A stretch of 64,000 nt of DNA, taken from contig OX597825.1 of NCBI GenBank assembly GCA_951406725.2, forward strand, positions 27,652,001 through 27,716,000, read 5' to 3'. Below the pieces are notes generated by a model. The model saw only the letters and a program-made list of their open reading frames with translations, made no database searches and was not told where the DNA came from. Source of the DNA: Octopus vulgaris (Eukaryota). Position numbers and translations under genes: made by a program. Within the stretch, counting starts at the first letter, position 1. Every line of letters begins with the position of its first letter. Positions 14,272 through 27,374 of this stretch are shown in pieces.

Positions 14272-14991
14272 AATTATTTTTAGTATATCAATTTTTTCAA
14301 TTTTTATGTTAATTCATCTTTTCAGTTTTGCATGATTTATTACATATCCGATTCAGTAAGATGTTTCATTTTGTCACTTATTTTTTTTTGGGGGGTGGGG
14401 GTTGTTTTATTGAGGGTTAAAGAATTTTTGTAGTTGAGGGAGACAACCTATAGTACCGAAATTTCACGTAAAACATGGGAAGATAACCCAATTACTTTGA
14501 TATGTGTGCGATAACCAAAGCTGTTTCGTCCGAAGCTCTTACTGACAGGATATTAATCTCATTATCCATCACAAAATACATAAAGTATGTCATTACAAAC
14601 AGCTGCTGATGAAACTCACCTCATGAAATTAAATCAATTGTGTGAATAGATTAAATACACAAGACGCACAAGTATTTCTGTTAAAAGTTTTGGTGCACTT
14701 TAAAAGAAAAGATAGGTTTGTTGTGATAGGACGTAATAGAATTTATTAATTTGCTATAGCACATGCCTTCTATACACCTATGCATGTATTTACAGGTGAG
14801 TGTATAAATATATATATACCCACACATATAAGTACTTGCACAGACACACACACACGACATACACACACATATTGTGCTCTAACATGGCTGAAGTCAGACG
14901 ACTGAAACAAATAAAAGGATAAACGAATAAAATATACATTTATATGTGGAAGTGCGTGCGTGCGTACCTGTGTGTGTATTTGTATGCATTT

Positions 14992-15923
14992 AGAAGTGGC
15001 TGTGTGGTAAGTAGATTGCTTACTTGTTTATGTATTCAGTTTTGGTCTCATTAAGGTAAGACCTACACAATTTGAGGCTTGTTCAAGAGATTGTAAAAGA
15101 GACTGGGCATTGGAGAGAGAATCACTGATAAGAGCGATGTCGTCAGCAAAGTCAGTGTCTGTCAAGTACTCAGCTGGGTGTCTGGAACTTCTTCTTGGTT
15201 TTATTTCAAAGCCCTTGCCAGAGATGGTATCAACTGACATACGTAGCACATAATCAACAACAATGACATGCATAAGATCTGGTCATCAAATCTAAGTAGA
15301 GACTTCAAACTTGAAATATTCAAAGCCACAGTCGAACCAATCCTACTATATGGCTCAGAAACCTGGACGTTATCAAAGAAGCTTGAGAGGCGGTTGGATG
15401 GAACCTACACTCGCCTCCTTATGAGAGCTCAAAATCTCTCGTGGAGGCGCCATCCAACTAAAATGCAAATATATGGGAAATTACCACCTGTGTCATCTCT
15501 TGTGAAGGGTAGGAGAGTCCAGTTTGCTGGACATTGTTGTAGAGCTGAAAAAGAAGTAATTCTACTCTTCTCCTCTGGAAGCCATCTACTCGCAACACCA
15601 GAGGGCGCACACTCTCCTACCCTGATGTAATCTCCAGGGATACAGGCATCCAGCAACAGGACCTCCGTAATGCTATGATGGACCGTGAAGTCTGGCGCAA
15701 CATGGTAAATTCCATTGTCTCGACCACGGTCGAACAATGATGATGATGATGAGATTGCTTACGAACCACATGGTTCTGGGTTCAGTCCTACTGCATTGCA
15801 TCTTTGGCAAGTGTCTTCTAGTATAGACTCGGCCCGACCAAAGCATTGTGAGTGGATTTGGTAGACGGAAACTCAAAGACGCCCATCGTATATATGTATA
15901 AATATATATATATATGTGTGTGT

Positions 15924-15955
<32 letters not shown>

Positions 15956-16046
15956 TGAGTTTGTGTGTCTGTTTGTCGCCCCCCTCTCCAACATCGCTTG
16001 ACAACCGCTGCTGGTGTGTTTCTGTCTCCGTAATTTATCGGTTCGG

Positions 16047-16097
<51 letters not shown>

Positions 16098-16612
16098 TAG
16101 GCGCAGATGTGGCGTGTGCTAAGTAGCTTGCTTTACCAGCCATACGGTCTGGGTTCGGTCCTACTGCGTGGCATCTTTGGCAACTGTCTTCTCTCCCTCT
16201 CTCCCTCTCTGCATATGTGTGTGTGTGTGTTTGTGTATAAGTTATACATTTGCACGAAGTATAATGATGCTTAAAAAGCATAGCCCGAGTGGAAACAAGG
16301 GCCAAAGTCTTAGTCTTAAATTAATCCACTGTACAGCACCAAGATAACAGAGAAAAACAGTATGCGAGAAAAACGGAATGAATTAATATATTCAAAAGTA
16401 CAAAATAAAATATTATGCAGTTTAGGACATCCACGTTCCCGGGTTTCGGCTTTTGGATATTTTGTCTTTGAGCCTCTTCAGTGAGAACCACCTAGTAAGA
16501 ATTCACGACCGCCATGTTAAACTCCGACAGTGAAACTGGTTTTGTTTTGCCCCCAAAACAAAGCACATGGTATAGAAAAAGTATGTATAAATATATATAT
16601 ATATGTGTGTGT

Positions 16613-16644
<32 letters not shown>

Positions 16645-16745
16645 ACCTGAGTTTGTGTGTCTGTTTGTCGCCCCCCTCTCCAACATCGCTTGACAACCGC
16701 TGCTGGTGTGTTTCTGTCTCCGTAATTTATCGGTTCGGATAACAT

Positions 16746-16797
<52 letters not shown>

Positions 16798-17035
16798 GGG
16801 TACGTATGTATATATGTTTGTGTATATATTTTTTGTGTTTGTGATTGTTCCCCTAACATCCCTTGACAACCGATTCTGGTGTGTTTACGACGGCGTAACA
16901 AAGCGGTTCGGCATAACAGAACGATAGAATACGTACTAGGCTTATAAAGAATAAGTCCTGGGGTTGATTTGCTCGACTAAAGGCGATGCTTCAGCATGGC
17001 CGCAGTCAAATGACTAAACAAATAACAGAATAAAG
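14992..17035 (+). mobile_element. Cluster of SINE family 1 pieces (head split by the RTE insertion; extra head 16098-16190; duplicated middles; tail 16820-17035)
   Basis: Direct similarity to full copies at 34069-34493 and 56407-56825. Confidence 0.7.
15024..15751 (+). mobile_element. RTE-clade LINE, 5'-truncated with inverted 5' segment, (GAT)n tail and 11-bp TSD
   Basis: 15024-15267 encodes RT core (LTDTDFADDIAL) on minus. 15268-15751 encodes the RTE C-terminus (KIFKATVEPILLYGSETW-like, FAGHCCR) on plus. TSD agattgcttac at 15013-15023 and 15752-15762. Confidence 0.88.
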
Positions 17036-17140
17036 CGTATAAGAAAAGAATATATATATATATATATACATACATACATACATACATACATACATACATA
17101 CATACATAGATACATACATACACACATACATACATACATA

Positions 17141-17800
17141 CACGTGTGATGTATTGCTCAACAATTATTCATTATATTTGCGTAATACTAGTTTTTAATC
17201 TGACCAATGCAGAAGTTATTCTATTTAAATTGAAGTAAGAGCATTTAGTTTACCTGAAGCACGGTTCTTTAATTCGAAATAAAATAAGTATGATGAAAGC
17301 AATTACTGTAAATCGTTGTAATTTACATTAGCAATCTTCATTAATATGTTTGATGTATATATTTTTTGTGTTTGTGATTGTTCCCCTAACATCCCTTGAC
17401 AACCGATTCTATGTTATTACATTCTCAATTTACAGCACTTCGTTACTAGGGCGTTGAACCCCAAGTTCAAAATCCATTCACGTCACAGAATATCATATCA
17501 TGGTGGATATATATATATATTTTTGTCCGAGCTGAATAAAACTTGGAAAGCAATTAGACACAAATTGCATACACGTGTGATGTATTGCTCAACAATTATT
17601 CATTATATTTGCGTAATACTAGTTTTTAATCTGACACAATGCATGTAAGTTATTCTATTTAACCCGATTGAAGTAAGACCTCATTTCAACTTTACCTGAA
17701 GCACGGTTCTTTAATTCGAAATAAAATAAGTATGATGAAAGCAATTACTGTAAATCGTTGTAATTTACATTAGCGATCTTCATTAATAGTCGCTTTGATT
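17141..17800 (+). repeat. Local ~215-bp direct duplication (17141-17354 versus 17572-17800)
   Basis: Identical blocks differing mainly by small indels. Confidence 0.85.
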
Positions 17801-18050
17801 TACTAGAGAACGTGAAGAGGAACGTAATTTTCCCGGCGCGGTAACGATTCTGCCTATTTCGCTGCCTTAATATTGATACAGCCCAACAATCAAAGACATT
17901 AATACGTACGCCGATTCCCAACATCCATTATTGTTCTTTATTGTTTTTTTGGTTTTCAATGAGACGACATTTTAGTAAGGGATTCGAGCGAACACGTACA
18001 CTACGACACCTCACCGTATTACGTCTTACGATCAAAATCTATCGGCGTCT

Positions 18051-18285
18051 AAGGCGGCGAGCTGGCAGAAACGTTAGCGCGCCGGGCGAAATGCTTAGCG
18101 GTATTTCGTCCGTCATTACGTTCAGAGTTCAAATTCCGCCGAGGTCGACCTTGCCTTTCATCCTTTCGGGGTCGATAACTAAAGTACCAGTTTCGAACTG
18201 AGGTCGATATAATCGACTTAATCCCTTTGTCTGTCCTTGTTTGTCCCCTCTATGTTTAGCCCTTTGTGGGTAGTAAAGAAATATA
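18051..18285 (+). mobile_element. SINE family 2 (tRNA-like head plus conserved gcctttcatcctttcggggtcgataa central domain), best copy
   Basis: aaggcggcgagctggcagaa...gagttcaaattcc (B box). Many diverged copies: ~18340-18560, 20425-20645, 20670-20880, 20900-21100, 35280-35475, 53150-53310 (+); 32780-32980, 37190-37400, 43970-44110, 52960-53140, 56160-56360 (-). Confidence 0.8.
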
Positions 18286-18586
18286 TATTCTTTCATATGT
18301 CCACCAGCTAAAATGTTATACATTTTCAGTCAGTAATACAGCAGTTTAAGCTCTTGTCAGAAAATAAGGAATTATTAGCACACCGGGAAAAATGCATAGC
18401 ATGCATTTTGTCCCTCTTTATTTTCTGAGCTTAAATTCCGCTGAAATTTGCTTTATCTTTCATCATTTCTGGGTCGATAAAATACTTACCAGTTGAGAAA
18501 TGGGGTTGATATAATCGATTTACCCACTCCCCAATACTTGTTAGTTTTGTACCAAAATATGAAACTACTACTACTACTGCTACAAT

Positions 18587-18653
<67 letters not shown>

Positions 18654-18686
18654 AGTATTAGTGGTGGTGGTAGTATTATTATTATG

Positions 18687-18732
<46 letters not shown>

Positions 18733-18735
18733 GTT

Positions 18736-18792
<57 letters not shown>

Positions 18793-19020
18793 TTTGATGA
18801 AGATCTACAGCTTATTTTTCTGGGTATGATGAATTGTGTCAGCTGTTCACAGCCAGCAGACTAAGGTAAGACTTGTTTATTGGTTATGTGTGAAGAACCC
18901 TGCGAATAATTCTTCCAGTTCAAGCAACCTGTGAAGCGTTCGTACAACTCCAAACGGGTAGTCATGATGAGTATACTTTACCCCAATGACACTTTGATGG
19001 CCTGTACTGCTCTCTCACTC
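18793..19020 (+). mobile_element. Diverged copy of the AAT-tailed retroelement 3' end
   Basis: acgggtagtcatgatg...ttaccccaatgacactttgatggc...ctctctcactc followed by (AAT)n matches 52785-52864. Confidence 0.65.
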
Positions 19021-19273
<253 letters not shown>

Positions 19274-19434
19274 AGGCAGCGAGCTAGCAGAATCGTTGGC
19301 CCGCCGGGCGAAATGCTTAGCTATATTTCGTCCACCATTAAATTTTTTGAGTTCGAATACTGTTCCCAAGGACCCAACAATAATTGTCTCTATCTTCACC
19401 TTCCTTATTCTCCGTAGCCTGGTTATTATTATTA

Positions 19435-19499
<65 letters not shown>

Positions 19500-19602
19500 A
19501 TTATTATCATTATTATTATTATTATCATTAGTATTATTGTTATTGTTATTTTTATTATCATTATTATTATTATTATCATTATTATTATTATTATTGTTAT
19601 TA

Positions 19603-19666
<64 letters not shown>

Positions 19667-20424
19667 CATCATTATTACGGCTTCTTTGCATTCCCACAAT
19701 CATTACATTCTTGATAAACTTTTTTCTCGTTTGGATTCAAATTCTGCCGGGATTATTTTGGCTGTCTTCGCTTTCGGAGTCGAGAAATTTAACAGACGGG
19801 TAGTTCCTGGGAGCAATGGTATTGACTAATACCCTCTTACAAATTTTCGATCTTGTGCCTATATTTGAAATCATAATTGTCGTTCACGTTCCTTTATCGT
19901 TGTTAATATTGTCCTTTTTTATGATAAACTTTTGTGTGTTTATTTTGATTTTCGCTCTGCTTGTTATTGATACTTGCTAGTCTATGCGATAAATCTACTG
20001 AGATATCGATCTAAGTGTTAATTAAACATAACCGATTCGGTTCTATAATCAACATGGTATTGATCTGTGAAATATAAGGTCCGTTGGATATTTAAAAAGC
20101 GATAGAAACAAAAAAAAAAACAAAAATCAATATAAACAGTAAAAACTTATATGAGACGGCTATTCTCTATCATAATGAGCATCATCATCGTCAGCATCTT
20201 CTTAATCATCAACATCTACATTTTACTCCTCACCTTTATCTTCTTTTCTCCTATTATCTTCCTCTTCACCTTCTATTTTATCATCATCATCATCATCATC
20301 ATCATCGTCATCCCCATCATCGTCATCCCCATCATCGTCATCCTCATCATCATAATAATCATCATCATCATCATCATCATCCTCATCATCATCATCCTCA
20401 TCATCATCATCATCATCATTATTA

Positions 20425-21100
20425 AAGGTAGCGAGTTGGCAGAATGGTTGCCACACCGGAAAAAAAATTCTCAGTGTTGTTTCGTTCGTCTTTACATTCT
20501 GAGGTCAAATTCCGCCGAGGTGGGTTTTGTCTTTCATCCTTTTGGGGTCGATAGAATAAGTACAAGCGAAACACCGGTGTCGACGTAAACGGCTAGTTTA
20601 TTCCCCCTAAAAATATCAGGCCTTGCACCTATAGTAGAACGGATTATTGTTGTTGATATTGTTGGTATTAAAGCTTCCTAACCTGCAGAATCTTTAGCAC
20701 GCCGGGCAAAGTTCTTAGCGGCATATCGTCCGGCTTTTCATCTTGAGTTCAATTTATGTCGACGTTGACTTTGCCTTAAAACATCGGGATCGATAAAATA
20801 AGTGTCAGCGGAGCATTGGGGTCGATGTAATTGACTTAACCCGCCCCTGAACATCTTGGCCTTGTGCTAAGATTTGAAACCACTACAATTATTATTCAAT
20901 ATGGCGAGCTGGTAGAATCGTTACTGCGCCGGGGAAAATGCTTAACGGCATTTCGTCCGACTTTACGTCTTCTGTTCAAATTCTGCCGACGTTGACTTTG
21001 CCTTTCAAACTTTTGGTACCAATAAAACCAGTACCAGTTAAATACTGGGGGCGATATAAGCGACAAGTCCCCTACGCCGAACTTACTGTCGTTGTACCAA
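20425..21100 (+). mobile_element. Three tandem diverged SINE family 2 copies
   Basis: Each carries the gagctggcagaa-like head, ttcaaattc and gtcgat...aagtac motifs. Confidence 0.7.
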
Positions 21101-21239
21101 AACTTGTAATCATTATCCTCATCACCATCTTCATCATCGTCATCATCCTCATCGTCATCCCCTTCGGTGTTGTCTTCATCGTTATCATCATCGTCGTTGT
21201 TCTTATTGTCATTGTATGACATTCGGGTAAATCCTTTTT

Positions 21240-21545
21240 CTTGTAAGCAGAAGTAATAACAAACTGTCCATAGGTTTCAAGTAAAATTTTCTACTGTCTC
21301 GAGGAAACAAGACTTACCTTACAATGTGACCTGTACCCAACAAAGCTGTTTCCTGGATCACTTCACGCCTAGTAGTAACTCCAATATTTTCGATGTGCTT
21401 TTCAAACCCCTTAAAAACTACTCTCAACGCTCCAATTGCTTCCGCAACACAATCACTTTCTTGAGACACTAAATCCTTCGTATCTCACTCTCTTTTCAAG
21501 CCTTTTCTTAATCTTTCACTTTCGAATCACCTATTATCGCAACAC
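21240..21545 (-). mobile_element. Degraded R4/Dong-clade C-terminal fragment
   Basis: Minus-strand translation AIGALRVV...IQETALLGTGHIVR matches the motif pattern of the other RLE fragments in the window. Confidence 0.6.
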
Positions 21546-21549
21546 GTAT

Positions 21550-21819
21550 ATTATTTACATTATTTACATTTGACAGATATTTGTCCCCATCTTGTTTGTT
21601 GTTAACACAACGTTTCAGCTGATATACCCTCCAGCCTTCATCCAGTGTCTTGGAGAAATTTCGAACCACGGTTCTCATTTCTAACGTATTTTTCGATGTT
21701 GTTGTTATTATTATTATTATTATCATTATTCAAGTCACTGCCTGAAATCGAACTCGGAATCTTGGGGTTAGTAGCCCGCGCTTTTAACCACTACACCATA
21801 TGCCCACGGGCATATGGTG
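21550..21819 (-). mobile_element. tRNA-headed short element with hammerhead-like 3' module and 5' fold-back
   Basis: Head tggtgtagtggtt (A box) and gagttcgatttc (B box) at 21734-21805; (AAT)n linker; gacac-tggatga-aggctgg..tcagct-gaaac-gtt-gtgtt at 21604-21649; tail (tgtaaataa)2. Confidence 0.6.
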
Positions 21820-21935
21820 CATGTTCTTAACTTTTTTTATCGTTATCAATGAACTCATCATCTGCTCGTTTCGATCGTTTAACCTTGAAACATTACATAT
21901 TACGATTCCTGAGGATTTCACATTATTCGTTTCCC

Positions 21936-21985
<50 letters not shown>

Positions 21986-23479
21986 CAGAAGCTGCAGCAG
22001 TAGTGCTAGTAGTAACGTCAGTATCAGTATTAGTATTGGTGGTAATAGCAGCAGCAGAAGCAGGCGCAGCAGCAGTAGCAGCAGTAGCTGCAATGGTAGT
22101 AGTAGTAGTAGTAGTAGTGTTATTTTATTTTCTTCGTTATAACTCTTTTTCTGAAGCTTCATTACATTGTGCCTTTTTTTCATTCTAGAGGCTTACATTC
22201 AGGTTCTTTTGGGGATTTTTTTTTCTCATTTAGTGTCAATCAACTCGACTAGGTTTGTCAGACACTAGTCGAACTTTGGCTATTGATTCCACAAAGAAAA
22301 AAATTATATATATATATATATATAAAAAAAATTAAACCGAAGCAAAATTTTCAAAATGGCTTCCACATATTCGTCCTTGCTTGCCGACCGTTCAGCACGG
22401 GCGATAGGTCACCTCCTTCTCCAGCATCAACACCGATTTTATTTTTTTATATTTTTAAGCTTCGAAACTCTTTGACAACTTTATTTTTGATCTGGAATTT
22501 TTATACGGGGTGAGCCTCTGTCTGTGCTTGAACTCATATTTGTGTCTGTATGTTTACATAATTATGGATATGGCTATGCGCATGTCTGCTTATGAATATG
22601 TATTTTTATGTCTTATCTTTGAACAATGTCAGCTATTTCCATACTGGTGACTGTCACCCTTCATACCTATTTGTTTCATATTTAATCTCTAAAATACTTC
22701 ATACATCTTTTTATTCCACGCATTCCTCATTTCTTTCTCTTTTTTCTATTTCGCTTTTTTAGTCTTATAATTTCTCTTTCTTAAATATTTTCAATAATTT
22801 TTTTCTCTTTACTGTTCTTCAACCAACTGAAAATTATCTCAAAAATTTTAATAAAAATAATAATCCTCTCTTGTTTTATTTTCCTTCACTCTCTCACTCA
22901 CACAGTCTCTCTCTCTCTCTCTCTTTTACTCTATCTCTTTATCTCTCTCACTTTTCTCCCCCCCACCTCTCTCTCTCTCTGATTCTCCCTCTCGCTTTTC
23001 TCTCTCTCCTTCTATCTCTCTTTCTCTTTCTCTCTCTCTCTACACCGACACAAAAACGGTAATCTTAAATATTTCTGCATTTCACACAATAAACTGATAC
23101 ATTCTTATTCAATCATTTCTACGGACTAGCTAACTTGATGTCGTCGTAAACACAAATCACCATGTCACCGTACATTCCTTTAACCAATTACTCGTCAATG
23201 ACAAATGAGGTACCCGATAGGTCGTATTTCGACTGACTGCATATAGATTTACATGTCATTGTCAAAGAAAAGATCACATTTAAAATGCGGTGAGGGCTTA
23301 TGCTTTAGATAATATAGACAATAGTGTGACGCCTGGATACATTCAATCATGTTATTATACGAATGCTAATTCAAAGCAGCAGATCAAGTGCTTTACCACA
23401 ACTAAATGTACATCTATCTACCTACCTATCTATCTATGTATTTATATTTGTATTCATACATAAATATATATATATATAT

Positions 23480-23700
23480 AGGCGCAGGAGTGGCTGTGTG
23501 GTAAGTAGCTTGTCTACCAACTAGATGGTCTCGGGTTCAGTCCCACTGCGGGGCACCTTGGGCAAGTGTCTTCTACTATAACCTCGGGCCAACCAAAGCC
23601 TTGTGAGTGGATTTGGTAGACGGAAACTGAAAGAAGCCCGTCGTATATATGTATATATATATATATGCGTGTGTGTGTTTGTGTGAGTATGTATATATAT
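23480..23700 (+). mobile_element. SINE family 1, 5' half
   Basis: aggcgcaggagtggctgtgtggtaagtagc...accttgggcaagtgtcttct...gaagcccgtcg. Confidence 0.85.
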
Positions 23701-24178
23701 ATATATATATATATATAAAATCAAAATAAGCAACAAGGATAACCAGAGGTAATGCAGTACGGTCGTTTAATGCGACTCCATTTAATTGAACAATGCAAAC
23801 GTTACATCAATTTAAAATCTTCAGCTGCACAAAGACATAGAATTTAATTAAATTTGAAGGACATATTAGTATAATGTTATCCAAAATTCTCTAAGAGGAT
23901 AAGGGGATAGACAAGGAACATGTTTTACCAACAACATCACAGTTGTAACTGAAATTTGTTTTCCAAAGAAGACACTGCTTTTCACTGATTATTTCTGTTA
24001 TTCAGATTTAATTACGCGGGGGAGGGGTTCAGTTATAATTTCATAGACTAGTTTATCAAATCTGAGAGTAGACAGATCGTAGTCTCAGTTTGGGGTGGGG
24101 TAAAGTAGATAATACCATACTAAATTCTGGTGCATCAACTTAAGTACCATATTCATTTGAATCTAAATTTTTACTGAA

Positions 24179-24233
<55 letters not shown>

Positions 24234-24237
<4 letters not shown>

Positions 24238-24654
24238 TCTTTTACTCTTTTACTCTTTTACTTGTTTCAGTCATTTGACTGCGGCCATGCTGGAGCACCG
24301 CCTTTAATCGAGCAGCTCGAACCCCGGACTTATTCTTTTGTAAGCCCAGTACTTATTCTATCTGTCCCTTTTGCCGAACCGTTAAGTAACGGGGACATAA
24401 ACATACCAGCATCAGTTGTCAAGCAATGCTAGGGGTCAAACACAGACACACAAACACACACACGCATATATGTATATATATATATATATATACGACGGGC
24501 TTCTCTCAGTTTCCGTCTACCAAATCCACTCACAAGGCTTTGGTTGGCCCGAGGTTATAGTAGAAGACACTTGCCCAAGGTGCCACGCAGTGGACTGAAC
24601 CCGAGACCATCTAGTTGGTAGACAAGCTACTTACCACACAGCCACTCCTGCGCC
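24234..24654 (-). mobile_element. SINE family 1, full length
   Basis: Complete head-to-tail match to other copies; inserted between (TA)n and (CT)n. Confidence 0.9.
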
Positions 24655-24668
24655 TCTCTCTCTCTCTC

Positions 24669-24747
<79 letters not shown>

Positions 24748-25561
24748 TTATGTATATTCCAACCTGTAAACGTGATCATAATTTTACCTACAACGATTTC
24801 AACATGTTTCTCAATCAACATTTCTGTTTCCACTTTGTAAAACTGTTTCTCAATATGCATTTATATTTCTCACCATTCTTCTCTCATATCCTCACTTCCA
24901 CACTTATCTCTTAGAAGCAAACTAACTCAATAAGAAGGTAGAATACTACCAAATTCATTTACTCCTCGTAGGTCTACCACGACGAAATTTTCATCGATTT
25001 CACCATCTTTAAATTGTTTTACTTTAGTTTTTTTTTTTTTTTACATTTTCGTTACTCTTACATCAAAACCTTTATCAGGTAGAGCTGTATGAGCCAATTA
25101 TTTCATCCTTGCGTCATCTGTGAATATAAAATATATTTGTGACTATATGATCGTATGCGTATTTCAGTCTTCCGTACAGCAGTGTGTAATTCTATTACGA
25201 TTTGGTTGCTATTCGTCGTGGCTTGAATGAGCTTAGATTGGCTTCCATATTAGCTTATGCGATGAAAGTATTTACAAGAAGAGATAATATTCCTGGGAGC
25301 CATGAGCAACAAAATGTATGACGTAGTTGCATCTCAGAATTTAATGCATATACGTGAATGATATAAATGTCTCGATAGCTAATTTTTTTTTCTCCTTCCT
25401 GGAATTACACAGCACACCATTCTATTGCGTTATTTAAGGAATGTATTAGGTAATATATACAGTACATACAAATTTACTGATCACTTTCTCTCTATCTCTC
25501 TCTCTCTCTCTCTCTCTCAGTCTCTTTCTCCGCATATATATACAAATACTTATATACATGC

Positions 25562-25592
<31 letters not shown>

Positions 25593-25611
25593 AATATGTA
25601 TGTATGTTTAC

Positions 25612-25668
<57 letters not shown>

Positions 25669-25811
25669 TGAGTGTGTGTGTGTAAAACTTCTGGCTCACT
25701 GTCATTATTTATGTCGTAAAAGTTTAAGAAACAAGTGTATAATACTAAAGATATTTCATTTTAATTTAGGTATCTACGTATATACCTCGGCAAACACACA
25801 CACACACACAC

Positions 25812-25853
<42 letters not shown>

Positions 25854-26066
25854 TCACATACTCAAACACACACACACATATGTCCATGTATGTATGTATA
25901 ATGTTTGCAATTTACCAGTGGGTTTAATTTTACGTTCGGCCGTTAAAGCTGGCTTCTTAAAACATTTTGGGGAAAAACATGTGGTTAAAAAGTTCTTTGA
26001 CTCTTATTTCTAGCAATGCTAGAGAGTAATTATTTCTTCACACACACACACACACACATATATATA

Positions 26067-26428
26067 CAGGAGGCGATGAGTAAAATTCGTCATTTTATAT
26101 TGTTGATATCGCGCATGCGTATTGTTTGATCTTGATTTTGTCAACAACACTGTAACATAGGGTCAGTTGGGAACCATCTGTGAGAAAAACAGCACCATAT
26201 CGCAGTTCCCTCTGCCAGATATTTGGAAACGACATGCTCTACTGCTTCGCATTCGCGCCGGAAGCTTCAATACGAACATTCCAGAGTGTTTGGGTCCCAA
26301 TCCTATTTAATTGAATGAATTTACTCTTTAGAATTTCAAGATATTTTTACCTAATTTTGGTAAATATATCTGTCAGTGTTATTTTCATCGTTGCGTAATT
26401 TAGACAACAGTCTATTCACCGCACCCTC
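26067..26428. mobile_element. Non-autonomous Tc1/mariner deletion derivative
   Basis: Imperfect TIRs (ta)caggaggcgatgagta and tattcaccgcaccctc(ta), flanked by TA. Confidence 0.5.
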
Positions 26429-27029
26429 TATATATATATTTGACAGACGAACAATATAATTTTATCATAGAATACATACATCTTATGCACACACATGTAA
26501 ATGTATATATGCTCGTATATACGTATGTATGTACACACATATATACATACACATATATATTGAGGTATATCATTTGAAGCGGTGATAGGTTTAATACAGC
26601 AATAATTTGTTTTATAGTATTTCGTACACCTATTTATTCGCTCTCGTTCTCTGATTCAAAGCTAACCCCGCCTAATCTTCATATCACATTTTCTCCACGC
26701 TTTTTAGTTAACTTTGACAGTTACGTCACTAAAGACACATATCACCGACTTTTTCATCCCAAAATTAAGGCTCAGTTTCAATAGATTAATGCTTTATGTA
26801 CAAAATGGTTGAATGTTCAAATTCTGAAACTTATTTGATAACCGAATTCGTTGACCCTAGTTGCTCTGGTGCAACTGAACAATGAAGGAAAGCCATCATC
26901 AAATCAATGACATACAGAGCATAAATACGTGTACCTACTTTAAAGTCATGTGTGAAAACAAAACTCAGCTGCTTAACACCATATATATAAATGTGTGTGT
27001 TTGTATATATATAAATGTATGTGTGCCTG

Positions 27030-27090
<61 letters not shown>

Positions 27091-27091
27091 G

Positions 27092-27374
27092 TATTAGAAG
27101 AAATGAGGTACTTAGAAATCCGGATGGTTTTATATTTACAGATATTTATTAATATGTTACATATTTTTATACATCATATATTATATATATTAGCGCTTTC
27201 GTCCATTCTAGTGGAGTCTTCAAACTGAGTTCAATTCGAAGACTCCCCTAGAAGGGACGACAACGCTAATATATATGATATATGATATATTATGTATAAA
27301 AACATGTAACATACTAATAAATATCTGTAAATATAAAACCATCCGGATTGCTGAGTACCTCATTTCTTTTAATA
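27092..27374. repeat. Inverted repeat, ~130-bp arms, ~16-bp spacer
   Basis: gaaatgaggtact...atccggatggttttatatttacagatatttatta versus taataaatatctgtaaatataaaaccatccggat...agtacctcatttc. Confidence 0.9.

Noticed and set aside
21734-21805. Possible tRNA gene (apparent ACT anticodon)
   Set aside because: No proper acceptor stem; continues into a repeat body, so it is a SINE-type head.
25192-25320. 43-codon open stretch FYYDLVAIRRGLNELRL...
   Set aside because: Bounded by stops, no fitting splice sites, no recognisable homology.
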